DNA of 64,000 nucleotides. Source: Nitrososphaeraceae archaeon. GTDB lineage: Archaea; Thermoproteota; Nitrososphaeria; Nitrososphaerales; Nitrososphaeraceae. This document shows, piece after piece, positions 46,481 to 55,499 of the stretch. Every line of letters begins with the position of its first letter. Positions within the stretch are counted from its first letter, which is position 1. The position numbers were made by a program, and so were the translations under genes. The stretch covers positions 14,818 to 78,817 of the forward strand of contig JBIOZG010000024.1 of NCBI GenBank assembly GCA_044870765.1, read 5' to 3'. Under the pieces are notes generated by a model, which was not told the DNA's origin, did not search any database, and worked only from the letters and a program-made list of their open reading frames with translations.

Positions 46481-48598
46481 CTATTTTGTCATAGTAAAGC
46501 TATCCAATAGCTTGCCGCTATGAGAGATGAATTGACCCGATAAGGTATTACTGTTTACCGTAATTTTAGCAATTCCGAAATTATTATCATCTTGATATTG
46601 TACACCGTCTCCACTTCTGTCTCCCCGAATATCGTAGTGTGATTCTCCTGCCGTACCGGCTTGAATAAAAACAGTTGGTTTCTCGGGAAACTTAATGCGT
46701 TCATAGTTGTGATTATGACCATAAAGAACCAAATCTACCTTATACTGATCAAAAAGTGGTTGTAATTTATTTGCCAAATCCGTTTCTTCTGGATGATTTG
46801 ATGGACTAGTGTATAGCGGCTTGTGCATTGCTACTATCTTCCAGGGTTGTTTAGTAGTTTTCAATTCGTTTTCCAAGAACATTGTATTAGATGAAATCGA
46901 ATCCTCCGTATTTAGTAATATGATTCTTGCCTGACCTGCGTTGAACGCGAATAGCATAGATGGCTGATCGAACAGTTTAGAATATGAGCTGGTATCATGA
47001 TTTCCCAGTACACCTTTAAACGGTATTCCTGCCGCTTTTAGATTATCAACAACAGGAATAAAGTCACCCACTGTACCGTAAGAATAATCCCCAAGTCCGA
47101 GCGATAGATTTACCTTATTATTTTTCATTAGAGCCACAGTATTTTCCCAGTTATCATTGCGAGCAGAACCCCAATCCCCTGCTGCACCTATATAATAGTT
47201 TGACGAGACTGGAGTTGAAGTTGATTGCACCCTTACAGATATTTCTGTTATACTGGCATAACTATTCTGCGTATTTCCATTAACGGTTATCCTTAGGTAC
47301 CTTGCATTAGTATCAACAACATCATATTTTTCAGGATTTAAAGTTGTCCCACTGCTCTTACCACTAAATATGTTTGAGAACGTAACTCCGTCAGTTGAAG
47401 TAGATATAACAAAGTTATTCTGTCTCTCATTCCCCTTATACCACGCAACGTTGATGTCACAAATCTTGTTACTACTGCCTAAATCAAGTTCTACCCATGA
47501 ACCCACACCGTTATTGGACCATCTTGTATCCAGATTATCATCAAGAACATTAGTACCAGGAAAACCTGACTGACTGCCAGAAGTTTTCGCGTTTTGAATA
47601 TGACTGTCAACGCATTCAACTTGTGGTTGACTCGAGGCGAGTGCTTGTGCTCTAATCTCAGCAATACTGGCATAATTATTTTGTGTGTTACCATTGATAG
47701 TAATCTTTATGTATCTTGCTAGGTTATCCGAAAATACATATTTTTCATACGATGTTGACTTCCCGCTACTTGCAGTAGATAACACGTTTTTGAACGATTT
47801 TCCATCTTGAGAAGTCGATATCACAAAGTTATTTTGACGTTCATTTCCTTTGTACCAAACAATATCCAAGTTGCAAATGCGTTTGCTGGTACCTAAATCG
47901 ATTTGTATTGATGAGCCTATACCATAATTAGACCAAATTGTGTTGAGATTATTATCAACCAAATTTGACGGTGGAAATCCAGCCTGACTACTTGCCGCAG
48001 TTACCTGTGAAATTGGGCTATTAACACAAGATTCGGAAATAGGCTTGTAACCAAATACCTTTAATTCACTTATACTAATCCAGTTACTTTGGGTGTTCGC
48101 TGTAACAGTAACTCTAACGAATCTGCCTGTCTTTGATTGCGTATTGTAATTTTGTTCAGTTAAAGAGGTGCCGTCACTCTTGCCTGAAAATACATTAGTA
48201 AAAGTTTTACCATCTTTAGATATTGCTATTACAAATGAATTTATGCGCTCATTTCCCCTATGCCAATTAATTCCTATACTGCATATGACGTTCTCTTTAC
48301 CCAAGTCCAGTTGAATCCATGACCCTAGACCCAAGTTAGACCAGCGAGTATTGATATTCTGATCGATGGCGTGTGATGGAGGATTTAAAGCGTCAGCTCC
48401 ACTGGCAGTAATACCACTTACGGAGATCTTTGAACATGAATTAGCCGCGTTAAATTGGTCTGATTGACCGTAGATATTATTGGATTGAAAAAGTGTATTG
48501 GTAAAAATAAGAACCAAAAATGTAACCACAGACATACAAAATGCCAATTGATTGCCTCTCCATGCACTACATGAAGATAACTTTAGTAAATTAATCAC
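46481..48598 (-). CDS. Secreted protein with three discoidin/F5-8C (CBM32-like) domains and a purple-acid-phosphatase-type metallophosphoesterase
   Basis: Three D.N..TRWS..G.GSW..LDLG...RY..IT..GN...SI.E repeats, then GDWG, GDYSY, GNHD, MHKP and GHNH. Confidence 0.9.
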   Translation of the reverse strand: MINLLKLSSCSAWRGNQLAFCMSVVTFLVLIFTNTLFQSNNIYGQSDQFNAANSCSKISVSGITASGADALNPPSHAIDQNINTRWSNLGLGSWIQLDLGKENVICSIGINWHRGNERINSFVIAISKDGKTFTNVFSGKSDGTSLTEQNYNTQSKTGRFVRVTVTANTQSNWISISELKVFGYKPISESCVNSPISQVTAASSQAGFPPSNLVDNNLNTIWSNYGIGSSIQIDLGTSKRICNLDIVWYKGNERQNNFVISTSQDGKSFKNVLSTASSGKSTSYEKYVFSDNLARYIKITINGNTQNNYASIAEIRAQALASSQPQVECVDSHIQNAKTSGSQSGFPGTNVLDDNLDTRWSNNGVGSWVELDLGSSNKICDINVAWYKGNERQNNFVISTSTDGVTFSNIFSGKSSGTTLNPEKYDVVDTNARYLRITVNGNTQNSYASITEISVRVQSTSTPVSSNYYIGAAGDWGSARNDNWENTVALMKNNKVNLSLGLGDYSYGTVGDFIPVVDNLKAAGIPFKGVLGNHDTSSYSKLFDQPSMLFAFNAGQARIILLNTEDSISSNTMFLENELKTTKQPWKIVAMHKPLYTSPSNHPEETDLANKLQPLFDQYKVDLVLYGHNHNYERIKFPEKPTVFIQAGTAGESHYDIRGDRSGDGVQYQDDNNFGIAKITVNSNTLSGQFISHSGKLLDSFTMTK

Positions 48599-48933
48599 GA
48601 TGATCTGGTTAAAATTTGATATAATTACTTGCTATTTAATTTTTGTTGACAGAGCAATCCAATCTTACAATTCAGTTTGGGTGACATTTCATTATTCAAC
48701 AATATTTCAGAGGTGAAATTACAGGCAAGAGAATGAGATTACAGTTGTAAATCCAGTATTGGAAATTGAATCAGAATGTCGTATCATTTGGATATTATTC
48801 CAACTAAAATTGGGCGCGGTGTACATAGGCGGATACTTATGTTGACATTCTAGAATTTGACTGTGTGATTCATTCTCTAGAAAGAAGAAGTTAGTGAATT
48901 TCGAATATTTTAGAATTAATTATTCAATTGATA

Positions 48934-49197
48934 TTACCAATACGTGCTCTCACTAACTTCATTTGTCCTATTTTTTTCGACATCTAGATATTCTTTGATT
49001 CCTTCCAGGTTCCGAAATATTCCTTCAGGGGCAAATAATGCCGGAGCTTGAGTCGTTGGTAGATCTACGCAACAATCCTGTTCGAATTTACTTATATGAT
49101 ACTCAACAAATTGTATATTGTTACTTTGTAAAATCTCAATAGCCATTCGAGAACTTTCTGAATCATCAATTAGCAGAACAGGTTTACGAATAACCAC
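48934..49197 (-). CDS. Small glutaredoxin-fold-like hypothetical protein
   Basis: S..A.E.L....I.FVEY, a CC pair and AP.LF.PEG...LEGI pattern. Confidence 0.6.
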   Translation of the reverse strand: MVIRKPVLLIDDSESSRMAIEILQSNNIQFVEYHISKFEQDCCVDLPTTQAPALFAPEGIFRNLEGIKEYLDVEKNRTNEVSESTYW

Positions 49198-49481
49198 GAT
49201 TTGATTATCTGGTTAGATATATTTATTTTGAATTGTTATATCGAGTGTTACAAAAGTAGAGTAGAGACTCCAAGGTGCCTTTACTAATCTTGCCATAGTC
49301 ATCCCCAATCGATGTCTAATGTATAGTACATGAATCCCAGATGTAATCGTCAAATCAAGTAGCATACTATTTATTCTTGACAAAAACTCACTCATAAAAT
49401 CTCGAGTTGTTAATTTGAATTCTGTCTTCTGACAGTGCCTTGCAGTAAAGAATTTAGTAGATAAGCGCTAAATTTGGAATA

Positions 49482-50792
49482 TTGGTAGCGATTCTAAAAC
49501 TAAGTTTTCCTTTTGAACTTAAGTCTGATCAGCAAGATGCGGTTGACGCATGGCTCGAAAATAGGTTTAAGGGTTCAATAATTTATAGCACCGGAACTGG
49601 AAAAACTGAAATCGCATTTGAATGCGCTCGACGACTAGCAGAAATAAAACACAATAATGATTCAGTGTCGTCTTCTAAATATTCCCCCGATAGGAAAGTA
49701 AATAAAGAATTTAGAATTTTATTTATAGTCCCGCGAATTGTTCTTATTGAACAGAATGTGAATCGCTTGATTAGATACGGATTGCGGAGGGAATCCGTTG
49801 GAACTTTTTTCGGTGAACAAAAGGAAATAAAGGAAATAACAATAAGTACCTATCAGAGCGTGATTAACCATTTAGAATTAATTAGAAACTCCAATATGAT
49901 AATTTTAGACGAAATTCACCTGCTCAGTGAAACAGCCAAGGAATTTAAGAAGATATTTGACGTAATAAATGAAGATCCTACAAAAGCAGTATTAGGACTA
50001 ACTGCTACCATAAATGAAAATGATACTCGCTATAATACAATAATTAGAATATTGCCACCTGTAAAGAAATATATGATAAAGGACGCAGTAATGGATGGGA
50101 GATTAGCCAAGCCACAAGTTGTATCCGTGCCTGTAAACTTTACTGAATCTGAAAAAAAAATATATATTGAAACCTCAAGAAAAATATCGTTTTTATCACG
50201 AAAGCTAGGAGTATTTGATCCGAAAAGAATTTCGGTTTTTTTATTTAAAGGTGGGTACAACGCAAAATTGGCAAAATTGTGGTTTGAAAATGTTAGAAAA
50301 AGAAAAGAATTGCTCAGCTCTGCGCAGAACAAGTTACTATTCGCAGTAAGGATCGTACAGAAGCATCCTTTTGAACCCATAATGATATTCAGCGAGACGA
50401 TTGAATCAATAAAGAAATTAGAAGAGGTACTTGAATCAAATGGAATAACATCCAGATCCGTCCATAATAAAATACCAGCTAATCAAAGAAAGAAAATTTT
50501 GGATGCATGGGGAAAAGAATACTATCCTCTGTTATCTGTGCACACGCTTGAAATAGGATATGACATCCCTGAGGTAAGGATAGCTATAATAATATCGAAC
50601 AGCTCAAATTTTAATCAAGTTGCGCAAAGAATAGGCAGAGTGATAAGAAAAACAAATAGAAAGAACTCTGCATTGATATATGTAATTTATATAAGAGATT
50701 CGAAGGATAGCAGTACTCTGCGCATGGTAAAGTCCACTGTGGAACTTTCAGACAGGGATAATCAACTAACATTAACATCATTTGGAAGTTGA
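49482..50792 (+). CDS. SF2 helicase, XPB/Rad25-like (divergent copy)
   Basis: STGTGKT, DEIH, GLTAT, G.DIP and QRIGRV.R motifs. Confidence 0.88.
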   Translation: MVAILKLSFPFELKSDQQDAVDAWLENRFKGSIIYSTGTGKTEIAFECARRLAEIKHNNDSVSSSKYSPDRKVNKEFRILFIVPRIVLIEQNVNRLIRYGLRRESVGTFFGEQKEIKEITISTYQSVINHLELIRNSNMIILDEIHLLSETAKEFKKIFDVINEDPTKAVLGLTATINENDTRYNTIIRILPPVKKYMIKDAVMDGRLAKPQVVSVPVNFTESEKKIYIETSRKISFLSRKLGVFDPKRISVFLFKGGYNAKLAKLWFENVRKRKELLSSAQNKLLFAVRIVQKHPFEPIMIFSETIESIKKLEEVLESNGITSRSVHNKIPANQRKKILDAWGKEYYPLLSVHTLEIGYDIPEVRIAIIISNSSNFNQVAQRIGRVIRKTNRKNSALIYVIYIRDSKDSSTLRMVKSTVELSDRDNQLTLTSFGS

Positions 50793-50866
50793 CGCCTGGC
50801 TACAAACTGTGTTTAATCATTCCACGGAGGGCAGTTTTTTTCTGTATGAAATAAAGTATTGAAAAT

Positions 50867-52228
50867 TCATATCTCTATCTTCTTATGTCTTCTTTCACTT
50901 GTTTGAGTTTCTGAAGTGCCGCTTGACACAATTTCTATCAACCTTGCTTGTTTATTGTCATTTTTTGGCCTTAGTAACCTTCCCAATCTTTGAATAAATT
51001 CCCTGCTACTACCGCTTCCACTGACTAAAATCCCTAGCTGAGCATCTGGAACATCGATACCTTCATCCAACACTTTTGAAGTAACAATCGCCACATACCT
51101 ACCGTTTTTGAAACCTGTAAGCACATCTTCCCTTTCCTCTTTGGAAGACTTGTACGTAATAAAGGGGATGAGGAAATTGTTGGATATTTCATAAACGAGT
51201 TTGTTGTGTTGTGTAAAGATAATTGTCTTGATATTTCTGTTTTCAGATAATATTTTACCGATTTCGGTCAATTTAGATTTGCTGTTTAGGGCAATGTCCA
51301 TTGCTTTATTCCTAGCTATGAGTGCGCGTCTAGCAAAATTATTCTTTGACGAGATCATGATCAGCCGTTTAAAGGCCCCATGTGAAGTCATTTTTAATCC
51401 AATTTTTTTCAAACAAGTATGGTAAATTATCATATTTTCTTTATATTCCAGATTTTCCTCTTTTGACAAGAATGTTTGTTTTCTCTCAATAGTATAGTTT
51501 GCAAGATAATTGTCTTTAGCTAGTTCCTTTGCCGTAATTTGAAATCTAGACTTTCCAATTAGATAGGGGAAATCTTCATCCAGACGGTCTTCCCGTTCTA
51601 TGGTAGCAGTAAGACCCAATCTAATTGGTGCTACCAACATCTCTGCAATCAGTCTATATGATGGTGCAGGTAAGTGATGTACCTCATCAAATATCAAAAA
51701 CCAGAACTTGTTACCGATTGATGGTGCCTTAATATAGGCAGAATCATAAGTGGAAACAGTAATTGGTTGAATATTTTCAATTCCCCCACCAATTTGTCCT
51801 ATCTCAATATCGAAATTTCTTGAGAGTATTTTGGTCCATTGTTTGATAAGATCGAGAGTAGGAACCACTATCAGAGTTGGCGAGTTTACAATTTCCATAA
51901 TTTTCAATGCGACCATGGTTTTTCCAGCTCCTGTAGGAAGTACTATTGATCCTGTTTTCACTTTACGCCAATTTTCAACAGCTTCTTGTTGATAATCGCG
52001 CAGCTTTACATTGATTATTGATAAATCTTTTAGAGGTAACAAATCCAGTACTCTGTCATCATATCTTATGTTCTTGTCATCAAGATATTCAATTATTTTC
52101 TTGTAGTTAAGACCGTATGAGTACAGCGTATTTGTCACAGGGTCAGCGGTACAATAAGGCAAAGTGTCAAGTCCTGTTACTATTATGACACCCTTCCGAT
52201 ATTCGAGTGTAACAAGCTGAGAACTCAA
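50867..52228 (-). CDS. xpb: XPB/Rad25 DNA repair helicase
   Basis: LRDYQ, LPTGAGKT, DEVHH, GLTAT.ERED (RED motif), LDEGIDVP and QRLGRLLRP motifs. Confidence 0.9.
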   Translation of the reverse strand: MSSQLVTLEYRKGVIIVTGLDTLPYCTADPVTNTLYSYGLNYKKIIEYLDDKNIRYDDRVLDLLPLKDLSIINVKLRDYQQEAVENWRKVKTGSIVLPTGAGKTMVALKIMEIVNSPTLIVVPTLDLIKQWTKILSRNFDIEIGQIGGGIENIQPITVSTYDSAYIKAPSIGNKFWFLIFDEVHHLPAPSYRLIAEMLVAPIRLGLTATIEREDRLDEDFPYLIGKSRFQITAKELAKDNYLANYTIERKQTFLSKEENLEYKENMIIYHTCLKKIGLKMTSHGAFKRLIMISSKNNFARRALIARNKAMDIALNSKSKLTEIGKILSENRNIKTIIFTQHNKLVYEISNNFLIPFITYKSSKEEREDVLTGFKNGRYVAIVTSKVLDEGIDVPDAQLGILVSGSGSSREFIQRLGRLLRPKNDNKQARLIEIVSSGTSETQTSERRHKKIEI

Positions 52229-52410
52229 TTAATATTCTACTGGAGGGCAACCATTTTTAAATCATGTCCAAGGAGTGGCTCGATATTATATTTCCGTGAA
52301 TTAGTATGTTATTCCTGTGATTTAAGATACTGCATATATTACAAAATAACCTACTCGTTGCAAGAAAAAATAAGTGAGTCTAGTAATTGTCGAGTTATCT
52401 AATCATTTAT

Positions 52411-52641
52411 TTAAATCCACATCGAAGGGTCGTTACTAAATACCGTTGTTCTTTGAAATAAATCTATTTGAATATTAATTTTTTCGAGTATCTTATCTTT
52501 CGATTCCTTATTTACATCTGTCGCAAACTTGTCATCTGCATGGACTCTATTAGGGGGAATCTCCATGACCCTCTCTCTAGACATTTTGATACTTTGTTCT
52601 AGATCTGATTGCGCCTCCAACTGATCTACGTTCGAGCTCAT
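52411..52641 (-). CDS. Hypothetical protein
   Basis: 76-aa ATG-initiated ORF with an upstream TATA-like element, filling an otherwise empty gap. Confidence 0.5.
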   Translation of the reverse strand: MSSNVDQLEAQSDLEQSIKMSRERVMEIPPNRVHADDKFATDVNKESKDKILEKINIQIDLFQRTTVFSNDPSMWI

Positions 52642-52889
52642 AGTATTGTGTATTACTAGACATACTAATAATAATCATTAGTTAAAACTATTTGTCAAAG
52701 TAACTAATGAAATTGAATTTACTTTTCCATTTTAACACAGATTAACTATTTTTCAATACTGTTAGCTGTGCCTCTGATCTTAATTTATACAAGACGGCAA
52801 TGAAATATGTAAAAAAATTCTAAAATGATACTTCACGAAATGTAGTAAGATAATATATGGTAGTTTGAAATTAAAAACTAGTACTACTA

Positions 52890-53465
52890 TTGATGAACAG
52901 GTCAAACGACACAATTGATAGAATAAGAGAGGAGGTCATAAAGTGCAAGCTGTGCGACTTGTGTACGAACAGGACTAACGCAGTTCCTGGCGAGGGTAAT
53001 TCTAATGCGACTGTTATGTTTATCGGTGAAGCTCCTGGAAGAAATGAAGATGAGAAAGGTAGACCATTCGTTGGGATGGCCGGAAAAATCCTCGATGAGT
53101 GCTTGGACAATGTAGGCATAGTCAGAGCAAGAACATATGTAACTAATATTGTAAAGTGTAGACCTCCTAACAATAGAGTTCCAAAAGATGATGAACGACG
53201 TCTTTGCAAAAACTACCTTGAAAGAGAAATTTCAATTGTATCTCCAAAAATAATTTGTATATTAGGCAGAACAGCCTATCATTCAATGCTTGCAGGAGCA
53301 TCAATACTTGGAAATCGTGGCAAATTTGTTGAGAGAGATGGGAGACTTTATTTTCTCACAATACATCCCGCAGCAATAATCTATAACAATAAACTCAGGG
53401 ATACTCTAGAAAAAGACTTGCGAACACTGGTTACAGAGTGCCGTCGACTGGACATATCCATTTAA
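52890..53465 (+). CDS. udg: Uracil-DNA glycosylase family 4 (Fe-S)
   Basis: C..C.L...R...VPGEG, GEAPG..ED..G.PFVG.AG, KCRPP.NR and HPAA motifs. Confidence 0.96.
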   Translation: MMNRSNDTIDRIREEVIKCKLCDLCTNRTNAVPGEGNSNATVMFIGEAPGRNEDEKGRPFVGMAGKILDECLDNVGIVRARTYVTNIVKCRPPNNRVPKDDERRLCKNYLEREISIVSPKIICILGRTAYHSMLAGASILGNRGKFVERDGRLYFLTIHPAAIIYNNKLRDTLEKDLRTLVTECRRLDISI

Positions 53466-53503
53466 CTTGCAAATTTATCACTACACTCAAACTGTTAACC
53501 CTT

Positions 53504-53938
53504 TTAGGAATTCTCAGCTCGCTTCTTTAGCGCCAGGTTCATCTTTTCGAAACCTTCACCTAGATTCTCATCTAGCTTATTTCCAACTAGTTTCACTCCT
53601 AAACCACTGAATAATTCTTTGTGAAAGAATGCAACTTTATTGTCAGCGGTTTTATCAATAAGAAATATGCGTTCCCCGTCAAAAATACCAGGCAGGAATG
53701 ATTTTCCCTTCCATCGAAGTTCTTTATTTATCTCGAATTTAGTAATGATAGGATGGTATATTCTCTGTTTTCCCCTCATTGTGCGAATTTGGACTTTAAT
53801 CTTGGCCCCTAATTTGGCATCGCCCTCAACTTTTGTCATGAACGGGTTCCATAGTTCGTATTTTTCAAAATTAGTAAGTATGTCCCAAATTTTTTCGGGA
53901 GTACAATCCACTATGATATGAGTTTCTATCGCCTTCAA
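53504..53938 (-). CDS. SRPBCC/START-fold (polyketide cyclase-like) protein
   Basis: I.T.I....PE.IW.IL.NF..Y..WNPF, L.W.G and F..MN.ALK.RAE motifs. Confidence 0.85.
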   Translation of the reverse strand: MKAIETHIIVDCTPEKIWDILTNFEKYELWNPFMTKVEGDAKLGAKIKVQIRTMRGKQRIYHPIITKFEINKELRWKGKSFLPGIFDGERIFLIDKTADNKVAFFHKELFSGLGVKLVGNKLDENLGEGFEKMNLALKKRAENS

Positions 53939-54138
53939 TTACACTATAAGTGATCTTTGATTCTTAGTAATGTACTTTTTGTTAAAGATGAAATTTAAAT
54001 TAGAATTTAGGTTTAAATGATATCATATTATCAAAATCCCCTTCTTAGAATAGGATGATATCCTACGTCAAAATTTTGGCGCTACTTGAAAGTAATTAAG
54101 TCTAAACTTTCTTAATATGGGCTGTAGAGGATCTATAA

Positions 54139-54534
54139 ATGGATGTAATTTGTGATACCAGTTTTCTCATTGCGTTGGTTTCGAATCCCATTAAATGCCT
54201 AGACAAAGTTGAAAGCGAAATCGGAAAATTAAGATTTAAAGTTCCTTCATTTGTTCTCGACGAGCTTGATTCTGTCGAAAGAAAATCAGGACCCAAAAAA
54301 TCAATGATAGCAAATACCGCAATTCGCATATCTAAACTAAAATTTGAAATCATGGATATCGGGAAATCAAAAAATGTAGATAACGACATTCTAAATTACG
54401 TAACTAGAAACAGAAAATTTGCAGTGGCTACACTAGATGGTATATTATTGAATAGACTAAGGACTGCTGACGTAACAACCATTACACTGTCCAAAAATAA
54501 AATGATAATAGCAAATCGGTATTTTGAAGGGTAG
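54139..54534 (+). CDS. PIN-domain protein (Fcf1/Utp24-like)
   Basis: VICDTSFL, V.DEL, VD..IL and VATLD..L motifs. Confidence 0.8.
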   Translation: MDVICDTSFLIALVSNPIKCLDKVESEIGKLRFKVPSFVLDELDSVERKSGPKKSMIANTAIRISKLKFEIMDIGKSKNVDNDILNYVTRNRKFAVATLDGILLNRLRTADVTTITLSKNKMIIANRYFEG

Positions 54535-54565
54535 CTTTAAATCGTTAATCTAATTCTTACTAGAC

Positions 54566-55219
54566 ATGTTTGAGTATAACGACATCGGTATCACGTGGAC
54601 AGGTCATGCGGGTTTCAAGGTTATTTATGGAAATAAAAAAATGTATATTGATCCTTACAAATTAAGCGAAAAATATGACGGTATCTCTGATGCAGATATT
54701 GTACTTGTAACCCATAACCACTTTGATCATTTATCAATTGAGGATTTGAATAATATCATCAATGAAAGAACAGTAATTGTTTCAGCACAAGAATGTCTGC
54801 CGCAACTAAAATCTCTGAAAATTAAAGAATCAATTGGCATTGATCCTCATAATAGCGTGAAAGTTGATGATTTGAAAATTGAAACTGTTCCAGCGTATAA
54901 CGTTAACAAGGATTTTCATCCAAAGAATGAAAAAAAACTTGGATTTATTGTCGAGTTTGGAGCTGATCGATTATACCATATCGGAGATTCTGATATAATT
55001 CCAGAAATGAAAGAGGTAAACCCAACAATCGCATTAATACCAGTTTCAGGAACTTATGTAATGACAGCAGAGGAGGCATCTAAGGCAATCAATGAGTTGA
55101 TTAAACCAAAAATTGTAATTCCAATGCACTATGGTACAATTGTAGGTAATAAAGAAGATGCAATACGATTCTCCCAACTGGTCACAGTATGTAAAACAAA
55201 GATTTTAGAGTTAGAGTAA
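54566..55219 (+). CDS. Metallo-beta-lactamase-fold hydrolase
   Basis: W.GHAGF, IDPY, THNHFDH, YH.GD and IPMHYG motifs. Confidence 0.92.
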   Translation: MFEYNDIGITWTGHAGFKVIYGNKKMYIDPYKLSEKYDGISDADIVLVTHNHFDHLSIEDLNNIINERTVIVSAQECLPQLKSLKIKESIGIDPHNSVKVDDLKIETVPAYNVNKDFHPKNEKKLGFIVEFGADRLYHIGDSDIIPEMKEVNPTIALIPVSGTYVMTAEEASKAINELIKPKIVIPMHYGTIVGNKEDAIRFSQLVTVCKTKILELE

Positions 55220-55241
55220 CCAAAATTATTTTCCAAAAATT

Positions 55242-55254
55242 AAAACTTATATAC
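55242..55254 (+). promoter_or_regulatory. Archaeal BRE/TATA promoter of the Lys-rich micro-ORF
   Basis: AAAAC-TTATATA centred about 30 nt upstream of ATG 55281. Confidence 0.55.
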
Positions 55255-55280
55255 GATCTGTTTTTCTATTATCATTGAAA

Positions 55281-55343
55281 ATGGCAGCTAAAAAGAAATC
55301 CAAGTCTGCTAAGAAAGGATCCAAATCAAAGTCAAAGAAGTAA
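55281..55343 (+). CDS. 20-aa Lys/Ser-rich micro-protein (below the ORF-track cutoff)
   Basis: MAAKKKSKSAKKGSKSKSKK*, with an upstream TATA box and a downstream pyrimidine-rich tract. Confidence 0.65.
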   Translation: MAAKKKSKSAKKGSKSKSKK

Positions 55344-55499
55344 TACATTAAGAGTCACTATTTCCTCTTAATTCCCCCCCTCTTTTGTTAGAAAAGTAAA
55401 TCCAAATACTTTTGACAAATTTCTTGGAAATTTTTTTTGAATTACATTGCACAAACTCTCCAGTACGTTAAAAAATAGGTAAAATCAACCTCCATTGTC

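Noticed and set aside
49213-49395. 60-aa minus-strand ORF
   Set aside because: No motif, and it lies in a divergent promoter region. It cannot be supported, though it is not excluded.
49482-52228. Helicase pair as a restriction or anti-phage defence system
   Set aside because: No methylase, nuclease or other defence gene is adjacent, and the motifs match XPB repair helicases.
54139-54534. VapC toxin of a toxin-antitoxin pair
   Set aside because: No upstream antitoxin ORF, and the sequence resembles the Fcf1/Utp24-like housekeeping PIN family.
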